Virus record (IMG/VR): IMGVR_UViG_3300037264_006254
Span: 1 to 61,812 of that record
Strand: one strand, 5' to 3'
Length of the DNA stretch: 61,812 bases
DNA from: a virus
Lineage: Duplodnaviria; Caudoviricetes
Under the pieces are notes generated by a model. It was given only the letters and a program-made list of their open reading frames with translations. It made no database searches and was not told the origin of the DNA. Shown piece by piece: positions 24,290-33,680 of the stretch (the first letter of the stretch is position 1; each line of letters opens with the position of its first letter). The translations under genes were made by a program, and so were the position numbers.

Positions 24290-25690
24290 TCAATCGGTGA
24301 TCATTGTTTCCGGCTCATCAAGCAGCAAGTTGCGCGCCGCCTCGAGACCTTGTTGGTAGCTGTGGTCCTGATTACCATACTCATACCGCCAGGCGCCGAA
24401 CCGACCGCGGCTTAGCACACCTCGCTTTCGAAGCTGAGGTTGAAGCACCGCTAGGGCTTCTACTCGTCCCGGAGTCGGGACAGGGTACGCGTATGGAAGG
24501 TGTTCCGCCCAGAGGCTGAGCGTCTCTGTGTCCCAATTGCAATGCTCCGCGATGTCGAGCTCCACAAGTGACTTGATGCAGCGCTCGAAGAGAACATCGC
24601 GAGGAGGTATGACCTCATTTGCAGTGAACGCGATCTCACACATGTAGCCGACGGCGGGGCCTGTCCCAACGCGGTCGCGATGGCGTGTCATGGGCGCATT
24701 GGCCTTGGCGTATTTGGTGAAGTTCGTGACTCGGTAGAATGGTATCTCATCCCGCGGTTGCGGGTAGTAGGCCCAGCTCCAGTCGGGCAGGCGCGTCTCT
24801 GCGAAACCGACGCCGATGACCATGACCTGATTGTGACGGAGCTTCATGGTCTCGAGAAGATTCTGTCCCTTGTGCAAGTCACTTTGCTCGATGAGTTGAT
24901 TCAGTGGCATCGTGCTGATTAGCTTGTCGTAGGTCGTGGTGCGACCGTCCGCGAAGTAGATGACACGCCGGCCGGTGTCGATACGAACGGTGCGAGCGTC
25001 ATAGATGATGGGGTTTCGCAGCGTCTTCGCGACTCGTCGCCAGATCTCACCCGTGCCACCAGCGGATGGGAAGCTGAACATGGAGTTCGGACCCCACGCC
25101 TTCTCTACCGTGCCGTGTGTGAGGTTTCGCAGCACAGCCTCGAGGCTGGGCTCTGAGACCCGCTCTGCCATCCAGTCACTGCTCATCTGATCGGGTGGGG
25201 TAGCCCATACCTTGGCGTTGTAGGGACCCATGAAGTGTTGATAGGCTCCTCGGCCGAATGCTCTGATTGCCCACGACTGGAAGTCATCGCCCTGCGGGTC
25301 ATCAGCACCGCGCGTAATCATGCCCTTGATGACGTCATACGCCATGTCGGGCGGCATGTCACTTGGGTGGTTCTGAAACGGGTACGGGACCTCACGGTAG
25401 TCAGTCTGTGCTGAATCGCAGACGAGAATGTGACTGGAGCGGTCATGCCGCTCAATCTCATCACCCATGACCTCTTCGAGGACGTGATCGAACTCACCGA
25501 AATGACTGAAGACGACGTGACCGCCCTTGTCCCAGGTGAACCCAGCTGGGTCAACCTTGCTTCCGGCAAGACCGCCGGCGGTGCGGCTCGCCTCGAAGAG
25601 CTGATATTCGGTGTGGCCGAGCTCATCGAGAGCGCGCGCAGCACCGAGGCCGGTTGGTCCCGCACCGAGGATGACGATGCGATTGCTCAC
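24290..25690 (-). CDS. FAD-dependent UDP-galactopyranose mutase-like enzyme (eukaryote-type UGM motifs)
   Basis: GAGPTGLGAA, GGHVVFSHF, VPYPFQN, PYNAKVW, W.AERV, WGPN..F.FP..GGTG.IW, PFYRVT, SRGRFGAWRYEYGNQDHS; GTG start overlaps the GT stop. Confidence 0.8.
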   Translation of the reverse strand: MSNRIVILGAGPTGLGAARALDELGHTEYQLFEASRTAGGLAGSKVDPAGFTWDKGGHVVFSHFGEFDHVLEEVMGDEIERHDRSSHILVCDSAQTDYREVPYPFQNHPSDMPPDMAYDVIKGMITRGADDPQGDDFQSWAIRAFGRGAYQHFMGPYNAKVWATPPDQMSSDWMAERVSEPSLEAVLRNLTHGTVEKAWGPNSMFSFPSAGGTGEIWRRVAKTLRNPIIYDARTVRIDTGRRVIYFADGRTTTYDKLISTMPLNQLIEQSDLHKGQNLLETMKLRHNQVMVIGVGFAETRLPDWSWAYYPQPRDEIPFYRVTNFTKYAKANAPMTRHRDRVGTGPAVGYMCEIAFTANEVIPPRDVLFERCIKSLVELDIAEHCNWDTETLSLWAEHLPYAYPVPTPGRVEALAVLQPQLRKRGVLSRGRFGAWRYEYGNQDHSYQQGLEAARNLLLDEPETMITD

Positions 25691-26733
25691 CTTGCAGCAC
25701 GTTTCATCGCGTCGCTGATCGTTTGATCTGCGTGTTCCCGCGACCAATAGTGCTGATAGATCGCGATTTGCTGCTGGCGACCGAGCTCCCAGAGCTCATA
25801 GTCACCGAGCTGCTCGATTTGTTCCGCGGTCTGCTGAAACGCGGGACCGAGCACGCCGGCCTCAGCTGGATCGCCCAGGATCACACTGCCAGTGGCGGCC
25901 GTGTAGTTGTAGCGAATGCGCCACCAGCCCGATCCCATGAGACGCGTGTAGCGAGGTGAAAGCGTGCCCCAGTTTTGTGAGGTTCGGTCGAGAACCTCCT
26001 GCTCAGTAACGCGCTCAGCCTTGAGCTTGCGGGAGCCGAGATACATGACCGGCCACTCGATCCCTTGTTTGTTCACCCACTTGTCCTGGGGTGAAAGCGC
26101 CGCGCAGATCCACTGGCGATTTCTGTCGGAGCTCAGCTCCGGCAGAATCTTGCCGTCGAAGGCATATGGGCTGTAGTCGACGCAGGTAAGCTGCTCCGCA
26201 GTTGCTGGGAGAGCCTCTGTGAACTGGCTGTGGTCACCCCAAGCAAAAGCGGGCAGGATACCGGCCCAGTGCAGTGGCCAGGGGTCTCGGAGGCGTTGAG
26301 CGCCGTACATGAGCTGATCGTGATATAGATCACAAGTCTCATCATCTTCCTTGTGGTAGAGACGAGCCGCATCCGTGCCCTTACCGATGGTCTTGTTGAG
26401 GTACCAAGGATGAGTTCCGAGCGTACGAAGGTGGCTCATTTGGGAACTCATCTGCCAGTCTGATTCATACAGCAAAACCGGAGTGTCGTCCTGCTGAGCG
26501 ACCCACAGCATTCCGAGAACGCCGTGTCTGGTGTTGAAGGAAAGGGCCTGGTTGAGCACGCCGATGATGAGGTCGTAGCCGCTGAGGTCCTCACCGACGC
26601 TGACGCGCCGCTGCTCAAGTGTGCCGATCCGACGGGCCGCGTCGAGAAGGGGCTGATCCATGTTCCAACGAATGGCATCACGCTTGGCATCGCCACACTC
26701 GCGGGCTGACATGCCGGTGTAGAGGATTTTCAC
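25687..26733 (-). CDS. Putative DNA glycosyltransferase (GT-B, T4 BGT-like)
   Basis: MKILYTG N-terminal strand; C-terminal WGTLSPRY..GSGWWRIRY...GSVILGD resembles the BGT-type second domain; lies in the nucleotide-modification operon. Confidence 0.55.
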   Translation of the reverse strand: MKILYTGMSARECGDAKRDAIRWNMDQPLLDAARRIGTLEQRRVSVGEDLSGYDLIIGVLNQALSFNTRHGVLGMLWVAQQDDTPVLLYESDWQMSSQMSHLRTLGTHPWYLNKTIGKGTDAARLYHKEDDETCDLYHDQLMYGAQRLRDPWPLHWAGILPAFAWGDHSQFTEALPATAEQLTCVDYSPYAFDGKILPELSSDRNRQWICAALSPQDKWVNKQGIEWPVMYLGSRKLKAERVTEQEVLDRTSQNWGTLSPRYTRLMGSGWWRIRYNYTAATGSVILGDPAEAGVLGPAFQQTAEQIEQLGDYELWELGRQQQIAIYQHYWSREHADQTISDAMKRAAR

Positions 26734-27023
26734 TCTGATATCTCAAGAAGCTCGATGACGGTACGACCCCGATCATAGTGAAGCACGGGATCAATGATGT
26801 ATTGGCCCTCGAGATTACATGCCTGCACTTGAAACGACGGCGCCGTGTCAGTGTTCCACGTCGCGGCCTCAAATTCTTCAAGACAAGCGACGAAGTGCTT
26901 TTGCCACTTTACCGGCATCGATTGAAGTAGCGAACGGTTGAGCACGAGGTAGTTAGAGTAGCTGAGACCGAACATGAGGTGAATCGGCTCAGAATCGTTA
27001 GAACAGACGCGACTGACCTTCAT
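26730..27023 (-). CDS. Hypothetical phage protein
   Basis: 97 aa; GTGA overlap with GT; FGLSYSNYLVL.RSLLQSMP..WQ. Confidence 0.6.
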   Translation of the reverse strand: MKVSRVCSNDSEPIHLMFGLSYSNYLVLNRSLLQSMPVKWQKHFVACLEEFEAATWNTDTAPSFQVQACNLEGQYIIDPVLHYDRGRTVIELLEISE

Positions 27024-27029
27024 GCCTAG

Positions 27030-27040
27030 ACTATATCAGC
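27030..27040 (-). promoter_or_regulatory. Extended -10 promoter (TGaTATAGT), probably leaderless
   Basis: Minus strand reads GCTGATATAGT-ctaggc-ATG (start 27023). Confidence 0.55.
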
Positions 27041-27041
27041 T

Positions 27042-28427
27042 CTAGAACCTGGGATTTTCGGCCCATTCAACGTACTCTGGGACGCCGGGGCGAGCGTCGA
27101 TCTCTTTGGTGAGCGCGACCGAACGCGAGTCACCCTCAGAGCCATCCTTCTCACTGCGATACCTCTTGAAGTCGTTGCTCACGTCGAGCTTGTACTCCCG
27201 ATCACCGATGAGGTCACCCCGCCACTCACCCGGGCTACCATCGAGGGCACGCTTAATCCACCCACCGACCCAACGACCGCACGGCACAGTCACGGCCTTG
27301 CCATATACGGCTTGACCGCCGCCTTGTGTGTAGGAGTCGAGCTGCCAGGCGTCGGGGAAGCCCATGATGCGAGCGGCCTCACGGTAGGTGAGGGTACGGT
27401 CCTGCCACGGGTGGATGATGCACGTCAGCCCATTGCCGGCGAGCACCCGCCCGATCTTCTCACGCTTCCACCGTTGCGGCTGGTAGACACCGCCCTGAAA
27501 GTCGGTTCGGAGACAGGTAGCCTGAGCCTTCGCGTCCCAGCCCTCTGGGAACTGACCTCCGGTCGCGTCATAGTGACGCTTGATCACATCGACCATCTGT
27601 TGGCCGGGAGCCCACTCTCCGGTAGAGAGCGCGGCGGCTACCCTGCTGAAATGCCCCAGCTCGCGGCCGGTCTTATCACCGTAGGTCATCAGGCCATCCA
27701 CCTCGCCGCTTTTGTTACGGTAGGGTGCGGCCCAAGAGGTAGCTGATCGTGCGTAAGCCAGTGGACCCCACTCCTCGATCGGCAGATCAAGATCGCCGAT
27801 CGCCATCTCGATCGTCGGGACACCATGCTTGAGAAGTGGTGTTTCGATACCAAACGGAACCTTGCTTAGCACGAGGAAGTACCGCCGACGCACTGAGCAA
27901 CCACCCACGGACGCGGCGTTGTGAAACGTGTGTGTCAGTGTGTACTGCTCGCCGGTGAGCTCCTCGAGGTGATTCCGAAGTGCGAGCATGAGACTGTGAC
28001 CGCCCTTTGGTGTGTCTTTTCCAGCTCCCTGCACTGACTCCATTACCACGATCGTCGGGCCCAGACCGTCGTTCACACGGGCGGCAAGTTCCATTGTGAT
28101 CCACATGCAGGAGTTAACGGGAGCGTCGGCGCCGCGATAGTCCTTGCGCCCTCCACCTGCGTTTCCAGCACGGACGGACATCAAGCTGAACCCGGAACAC
28201 GGCGGAAGTGAGGCAACGACGCTGATGTCGTTCAATGGCTCCCACTCTGCTGGCATTCCGATTTGATAGTCCCACTTCTTACCGAGTAGTTCGCGGTTCG
28301 CGTCGCACTGAGCGATTCCGAAACCACCCTTTTGTTCATATCTCCGTTGAAGCTCCAATCCAGATTGAACGAGACCGAGATCAAGACCTCCGCCAAAAGT
28401 CTGGCAACCCACGTACTTGTACTTCAT
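27042..28427 (-). CDS. Divergent DNA cytosine-C5 methyltransferase-like protein
   Basis: Motif IV PPCSGFS, VI ESV, VIII RRRYF, IX RTLTYREAARIMGFP, X GKAV; motif I degenerate (CQTFGGG). Confidence 0.8.
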   Translation of the reverse strand: MKYKYVGCQTFGGGLDLGLVQSGLELQRRYEQKGGFGIAQCDANRELLGKKWDYQIGMPAEWEPLNDISVVASLPPCSGFSLMSVRAGNAGGGRKDYRGADAPVNSCMWITMELAARVNDGLGPTIVVMESVQGAGKDTPKGGHSLMLALRNHLEELTGEQYTLTHTFHNAASVGGCSVRRRYFLVLSKVPFGIETPLLKHGVPTIEMAIGDLDLPIEEWGPLAYARSATSWAAPYRNKSGEVDGLMTYGDKTGRELGHFSRVAAALSTGEWAPGQQMVDVIKRHYDATGGQFPEGWDAKAQATCLRTDFQGGVYQPQRWKREKIGRVLAGNGLTCIIHPWQDRTLTYREAARIMGFPDAWQLDSYTQGGGQAVYGKAVTVPCGRWVGGWIKRALDGSPGEWRGDLIGDREYKLDVSNDFKRYRSEKDGSEGDSRSVALTKEIDARPGVPEYVEWAENPRF

Positions 28428-28849
28428 CAGTCCCATCCCTCAGATTCAGGTTCATCAGTTGCATTGCCGTTCTCGTCTTTGTTGGTTTCGGCTTCATAAA
28501 GACCGGCTTGGCGCGAACGGTTGACCTGTTGCTTCGCCGCATAGCGAGCTGATAGCTCATCATCGCTGAGACCAAGTGCGCAGGCGAGATTAGCGACGAA
28601 ATGAAGCACGTCCACCAACTCCTGCACTGCACGATCACGGTGGATGACTTTACCTCGATCCGCGACCCACGGCTTCCAGCTCGGTACCTCCGCGAGAAAC
28701 TCACCCAGCTCAGCCACCAACGCGGTTACGTTCCACGTGATGTAGTCAGCTAGCTCCACATCCGGAAGCAGGTCAACATTCACGTCGAATGCCTCACGCT
28801 GAAGGCGACCGGTCTCCTCAAGCCAAGAGCCGAACATCGGCGCGGTCAT
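28427..28849 (-). CDS. All-alpha dCTPase/dUTPase (T4 gp56 / dUTPase_2-like)
   Basis: E..E...E..WKPW...ELVDVLHF...Y..K...N..RQ..Y. Confidence 0.8.
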   Translation of the reverse strand: MTAPMFGSWLEETGRLQREAFDVNVDLLPDVELADYITWNVTALVAELGEFLAEVPSWKPWVADRGKVIHRDRAVQELVDVLHFVANLACALGLSDDELSARYAAKQQVNRSRQAGLYEAETNKDENGNATDEPESEGWD

Positions 28850-29517
28850 TAGAACGGCGGCTCAGGCGCGACACCGGGCTGGATGGTAGCCGGCGGAGCC
28901 GGCGGAGCCGGCGCGGCCGGTGGGACCGGCACCTCAGCAACCGGCGCCGCGGGTGTCGGGGTCGGGGCGGTAGGAGCAGGCGGGGCCGCCGGTGGGGCGG
29001 GCGGGGCGGGGGCCACCGGCGGCACCGGCGCCTGCTGAGGAGTTGGAACGGGTGGGGGTGGAACCGCACCGACTTGTGCCGGAGGTATCGAGCTGAACGC
29101 GGCAGCAGGCTGCACATCATCCACATCGACAGTCGGCTTGTTCTTGTACGAACCGATGCTGGTGGTGAAGACCGCTGTGCGATCGGTGAGCGCCTGCGCT
29201 ACGGACTCGATCGCCGGCTGGGTATTGAACCAGTCGCCGGTGAGACCGAATGCAGCCATGTGACGGAAAAAGATCGCCATTGAGTCAGCGCTCTCCGGAC
29301 TGATGACGAAGTTGTTCCAGATGGTCTTCTTCGCGTGAGGACCTTCCTCGATCTTCGCGCGGACCTTGATCATCTGCTTCTGCCCGTTGCTGCAAGGCTT
29401 GACTTCTGCTTTGGCGATGCGAACGAGATAGTCACCCGCCGGGACGGGAGTGGTATCGGTCGGGATGTCCGACTTCTCCGCCTCCGCCTGCAGCTGTGCC
29501 CAGTTGAACTCACTCAT
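28849..29517 (-). CDS. DUF669-like ssDNA-binding protein with Pro/Ala-rich tail
   Basis: PVPAGDY.V.I..AE...I.EG......IW.N; ends EPPF; next to Sak4-like ATPase. Confidence 0.7.
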   Translation of the reverse strand: MSEFNWAQLQAEAEKSDIPTDTTPVPAGDYLVRIAKAEVKPCSNGQKQMIKVRAKIEEGPHAKKTIWNNFVISPESADSMAIFFRHMAAFGLTGDWFNTQPAIESVAQALTDRTAVFTTSIGSYKNKPTVDVDDVQPAAAFSSIPPAQVGAVPPPPVPTPQQAPVPPVAPAPPAPPAAPPAPTAPTPTPAAPVAEVPVPPAAPAPPAPPATIQPGVAPEPPF

Positions 29518-29528
29518 GAATAAACCTT

Positions 29529-30272
29529 TCAGGTGTTGGCGTCGATGACCGCGAGCATCTGCTCGAGATCTGGGTTCTGAATCGTCGGACCGTAGTGTAC
29601 CGTCAATGCGTTGGTACGGTCTTTGGCGTCTAGATCTCCAAGTGGAGCGATGAGCATCTGCCGGTTTAGGTTCCCATCCGGGTCCGTGGCGACGTAGAGG
29701 TACCCCACCACGTCGATAAAACCGGGCAGGGTCAACGCGAGCTGTCCCTTGACAAGGGGGCGAAACTTTCCATCACGGAAGTGAGTCAGGGCGATGAGCA
29801 TCACACACTCAAGCGGCCTGGTCGGGTGGTAGAGCAGGTCGCGCAGTTTGCGAATCTGATCTTCCATGACCCGGAGGACCGTGCCCCAGTCCTGCTGATT
29901 GGGCTGCTCGATGCCACTGGTCTGGTCGATGGCTCGCTTCTGCAGCTCAGTCAAGGAGTCGACGACGACGCTGCGGAACGGGTGCTGACCCGAATTGAGC
30001 CAGTTGTACGCCAGTGACATGGTGTTGAAGTCCCGAGTAAGGATAATGCACGTTACCCACTCGACTTCCTCAATCTCACCGGTCGGGGTCTTACGACCAA
30101 AGCCCGGTTGCGGTGGGGCCTCCATATCGGGATTCCAATAGACCTTCTGACCCGGGATGAACCGGCTGCCTCCCTCACAGTCGAGGATGAGACGATACGC
30201 CGGTGCGGTCGCGCCTAGCCAGGACTTTCCAGTTCCCGGCTCGCCGTGTACACAGATAGAAACACTTCTCAC
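29529..30272 (-). CDS. AAA_24 / Sak4-like recombination ATPase
   Basis: Walker A GEPGTGKS; VVVDSLTE; DVVGYL. Confidence 0.8.
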   Translation of the reverse strand: MRSVSICVHGEPGTGKSWLGATAPAYRLILDCEGGSRFIPGQKVYWNPDMEAPPQPGFGRKTPTGEIEEVEWVTCIILTRDFNTMSLAYNWLNSGQHPFRSVVVDSLTELQKRAIDQTSGIEQPNQQDWGTVLRVMEDQIRKLRDLLYHPTRPLECVMLIALTHFRDGKFRPLVKGQLALTLPGFIDVVGYLYVATDPDGNLNRQMLIAPLGDLDAKDRTNALTVHYGPTIQNPDLEQMLAVIDANT

Positions 30273-31268
30273 TCAGGCCTCCCCGCCTTGTTCCGTGGAC
30301 ACAGTATCACGTTCTGGAGACACCGGCTCGCGGTGGTGCTCATGCGGATCACACTCCTCAAAGCTCGTCATGAGGAGGTGTTCCGGGTCCGCGTGCGGGT
30401 CGTCGAACAATGGGCAGACGTGGAAGAAGTCACAGCTCCACGTGCAGTCCGGGGCCGGCGTTGGGTACGCGACCGCGGTGATCCCTTTCTCATTCTCGTC
30501 GAGACACCGACGCTCGAACTCAAGCATGTCCATGATCTCGCAGTAGAGCCGATTCCAGAACTGACGAAGCTCCGCGTCGCTGACGTAGACGTCGTAGTCG
30601 CGGAAGAAGGGCGGCTTGGCACGCGCGGTACGCTTGCTCTTCTTGAGCATGCGATACCTCTGAAGCCGAACCGGCTCGCCGCCAAGTACGCGCCGGATGA
30701 GCGCATACATGCGAAACTGCTCATCCATCGGCAGCGTCTTCAACGGCTCGTCGAGAGACCCGACCGTCTTGAAGTCGACGAAACCCTCAGCCGACTCACC
30801 GCCGGTCATCGCAGCACTGGCAAGCATACCTCGAAGGTCGAGCTTGCCGATGAGCTTGACGCTGGGGACTGGGCTCTCACACTCAATGTGCTCCTCCACG
30901 CCGAGAATCTGAAGACCCACATCACTGCCTTCATCCTCGAGCCATTGGAAGTAGCCCTCGACCATGGCGACCGCCATGTCGTGTTCTTTGGTAATTTCCT
31001 TCCGCGTCTCATCGAAGTCCTCTGGCGTTACAGCCAGCTCATCGTCGCGAATCTGCTCGAGACACGCGATCGCGTCCTCGAGGCCTGCTGATTCACCTAG
31101 AAGGATCTTCTCGTAGTAGCATTGCAATGCGGCATGGACGCGGGTGCCGAGCTGGCGCGCGCCGGTGAACTCCAGGCGCTTCTTCCGCAGCCGTCGCACA
31201 TATGCAAGCCAGTACTTCCGCCGACACCGCTTCCACGTCTTGATCTGAGAGTTTGAGACCTCGTTCAC
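30273..31268 (-). CDS. Cas4-like PD-(D/E)XK exonuclease
   Basis: SNSQI..W..C.R.Y, G..VH, GKLD, VDFKT, Q...Y, C-terminal C.W.CDF...C. Confidence 0.85.
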   Translation of the reverse strand: MNEVSNSQIKTWKRCRRKYWLAYVRRLRKKRLEFTGARQLGTRVHAALQCYYEKILLGESAGLEDAIACLEQIRDDELAVTPEDFDETRKEITKEHDMAVAMVEGYFQWLEDEGSDVGLQILGVEEHIECESPVPSVKLIGKLDLRGMLASAAMTGGESAEGFVDFKTVGSLDEPLKTLPMDEQFRMYALIRRVLGGEPVRLQRYRMLKKSKRTARAKPPFFRDYDVYVSDAELRQFWNRLYCEIMDMLEFERRCLDENEKGITAVAYPTPAPDCTWSCDFFHVCPLFDDPHADPEHLLMTSFEECDPHEHHREPVSPERDTVSTEQGGEA

Positions 31269-31501
31269 GGTGCGTTTCGCAGGTCGTAGATCGAGTCCCA
31301 CCCGCCCACAGGCGTGCCGCCAAACTTCTCCCAGATGTCGGAACGAAAAGCGACATATTGAACCTCGATATCGCCGACACGCGCCGCCGCCTGATAGAGC
31401 TGATCCCAACTGACACCGTGCTCACGGCCCCAACGAATCAAGTCTTCATCCTCACCGATGACCGCCACGTGCGAACGGGTGAAACCCGGTACCTCTTCCA
31501 T
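31265..31501 (-). CDS. Hypothetical protein
   Basis: 78 aa; GGAGG SD; GTGA overlap. Confidence 0.6.
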   Translation of the reverse strand: MEEVPGFTRSHVAVIGEDEDLIRWGREHGVSWDQLYQAAARVGDIEVQYVAFRSDIWEKFGGTPVGGWDSIYDLRNAP

Positions 31502-31535
31502 TTGGCCTCCCAGCCTTTCTCTAGAGCCTCCCAGA

Positions 31536-31574
31536 GAGGCGGCGGGCCAAGACCAACAGAACTCCCGCCGCCTC
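31536..31574. other. 11-bp inverted repeat after the helicase stop
   Basis: GAGGCGGCGGG ... CCCGCCGCCTC; possible terminator or processing hairpin. Confidence 0.45.
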
Positions 31575-31582
31575 CAGGGACC

Positions 31583-33328
31583 TTACTTGAGAAGCATCTT
31601 CAAGCGATCACGGTCGCGAACGACCTCCTCCAAATTTTCACGCTTTTCCGCTAGCAGCTCGAACACCCGGTCTTCCATCGTGTCCTGGGTGACCACATCG
31701 ATGTAGAGAAGCGTCTTGGCCTGCTGGCCGTAACCGCCGATGCGGGCCTTAACCTGCTCAAACTCGATATTCGAGGTCGGGCGGTTGAGGAAGATCATGA
31801 TGGAAGAGCGGTTGAGAGTGATGCCCTCACCACCTGCCTTCGACTGAAGGAGCATAACGCGAAGTTGTCCCTCCTGAAAGCGGGCCATGAACTCCTCGCG
31901 CTCATCCGTGTTGATTCCTCCGTGAATCGCGCCGAAGGGGATCTTTGCCTTCTCGAGACGCGCCTCAGCAAGCTTGAGAAGCTTACGACTGGGACTGACA
32001 ACCACCACGGGCTCTGCCGTGTCGATATCGCTGAGCCCATCCATGAAAACGTCGAGCTTTGAGCTGGGATCGGTCAGGTCGACCGACCCATCCTCCTCGC
32101 CGGGGGCGAAGGACGCGCTGGCGAGCTGAAGCAGGCGGGTCATCTTGGTCAGTGGGTTCCAGCCGACAACCTCCTCACCGTTCTCCATCTCAGCCAGGAG
32201 CTCGTCGCGCATCTTGTTGTACGCCTTGCGCTCCTTCGGTGTGAGCTCTACATCCCAGCGTTCCCATACCTCAGGCACACTGAGACCGACCTCCTTCTGG
32301 GTACGCCGCATCATCCGAACGTCCAGGGTCTTCCGTAGCTCCGCCTCATTGGCGGGGTTGAGACCGACAACTTGAAGCCCACCAAAGACGTTCCAAGTGA
32401 GCGCGCAGTAGCGGTCGAGGTACTTGGAACGGGCCGGCCACTCCGTCGGGTCGATGAAGTGGAGGATACTCCAGAGGTCATCCGGTGCCTTGGCGATCGG
32501 CGTGCCGGTGAGCGCCCAACGACGACGAGCCTTGGCGCTCGCGGCCCAGGTAGCGCGGGTCTGCTTGGCCTTCGGGCTCTTCATTCGGTGCGCCTCATCG
32601 GCGATGACGAGACCCCACTCGCGATTGAGTTCCTTCGTTTCCTTCTCCTTGTCGGAGAGGCGGACTGAGCCATAGGGTGCGAGTCGACTGTGGAGGCGAA
32701 CTGATTCCCAGTTCATGATAACGACGTCGAGCTCCTCGGCGTCCAATGCGACAAAGATCTTGCGACGAACGCTGATGCTGCCCTTGACCACAGCCACACG
32801 AAGGCTGGGCGCCCACTTGTTGAGTTCTCGCTTCCAGCTATTCTTGACAGAGTTGGGTGCGATGACAAGAACGGGGCCAAGATCGTCGGCGGCGTGAAGG
32901 TCGCGCATGGCGACGGCGGCCTGAATGGTCTTGCCCAACCGCATCTCGTCAGCGAGAAGTCCGCTGTTGACAGTCTTGAACCACTCGGTTCCAATCCGTT
33001 GGAATGGCTCTTGGTTTGGATCACCGGGAACGTCACCGGCGGTGCGAAGCGCGAGGGCCGGTGCGATCCACCGATCACGGTCTTCCTTGGCCCAGGTGGT
33101 GAGTTGTGGGCCAATACGAAGCCGATCATTGAAGATACCACGAAGAGCGTGGCAGGCAACCCACGAAAGTGGGACGCGCCAAGTTGAGGACTCACCGTGC
33201 CAGCGAGTGCCGGGCACCATCTTGACCTTCTCCTTGTCGGAGAAGTCGGACCAGATGACGATCTCGTCCGGGCTGAACTGGCCGGGCGTGTACCGCTCGA
33301 TGCTGATCTGTCCGGGAAGGCCGGTCAC
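31583..33328 (-). CDS. SNF2-family helicase
   Basis: LLADEMRLGKT, DEAH, LTGTP, GGEGITL; start uncertain (33328-33352). Confidence 0.9.
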   Translation of the reverse strand: MTGLPGQISIERYTPGQFSPDEIVIWSDFSDKEKVKMVPGTRWHGESSTWRVPLSWVACHALRGIFNDRLRIGPQLTTWAKEDRDRWIAPALALRTAGDVPGDPNQEPFQRIGTEWFKTVNSGLLADEMRLGKTIQAAVAMRDLHAADDLGPVLVIAPNSVKNSWKRELNKWAPSLRVAVVKGSISVRRKIFVALDAEELDVVIMNWESVRLHSRLAPYGSVRLSDKEKETKELNREWGLVIADEAHRMKSPKAKQTRATWAASAKARRRWALTGTPIAKAPDDLWSILHFIDPTEWPARSKYLDRYCALTWNVFGGLQVVGLNPANEAELRKTLDVRMMRRTQKEVGLSVPEVWERWDVELTPKERKAYNKMRDELLAEMENGEEVVGWNPLTKMTRLLQLASASFAPGEEDGSVDLTDPSSKLDVFMDGLSDIDTAEPVVVVSPSRKLLKLAEARLEKAKIPFGAIHGGINTDEREEFMARFQEGQLRVMLLQSKAGGEGITLNRSSIMIFLNRPTSNIEFEQVKARIGGYGQQAKTLLYIDVVTQDTMEDRVFELLAEKRENLEEVVRDRDRLKMLLK

Positions 33329-33540
33329 TGGTGGCATTCCGGGCGACCGCAAGAGGCCGTGATGCGACCGATATCGGCCGGGGTGGCATCAACGACCTCA
33401 CGCTCACACCAGCAGGTGACCTTAAGTGTGGCCTTGGGCTCACGTCGCTTGTGGGCGCCAGCGGTGCTGGTGATCGTGTCAGCGGCGAGAGTCGCGGTTG
33501 AGCTGATGCGACTGGCGTTGTGACGTGAGCGCAGCTTCAT
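33325..33540 (-). CDS. Small hypothetical protein (Cys-containing)
   Basis: CWCE...SCGRPEC; overlaps neighbours. Confidence 0.5.
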   Translation of the reverse strand: MKLRSRHNASRISSTATLAADTITSTAGAHKRREPKATLKVTCWCEREVVDATPADIGRITASCGRPECHQ

Positions 33541-33680
33541 CAGAGGGCCCAAGCCGGTTCACCTGAGTAATCCGTGACCTCGAGGGGACAGAGACCGCCA
33601 CCGGGATAGCCGTGACCGAGCGCATCGCAGATGTTGCAAGTCGGGCCCCACGTACGCGGTGACGGCCGGTGCTCAGTCAT
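33540..33680 (-). CDS. Small hypothetical protein
   Basis: MTEHRPS..CNICD..GH; TGATG overlap. Confidence 0.4.
   Translation of the reverse strand: MTEHRPSPRTWGPTCNICDALGHGYPGGGLCPLEVTDYSGEPAWAL

Noticed and set aside
24290-25690. Protoporphyrinogen oxidase / amine oxidase annotation
   Set aside because: Shares only the FAD-binding motif; the UGM-type motifs are more specific
30273-31268. Cas4-like gene as evidence of a CRISPR system
   Set aside because: No repeat-spacer array or other cas genes; it sits in a standard Cas4-Sak4-SSB recombination module
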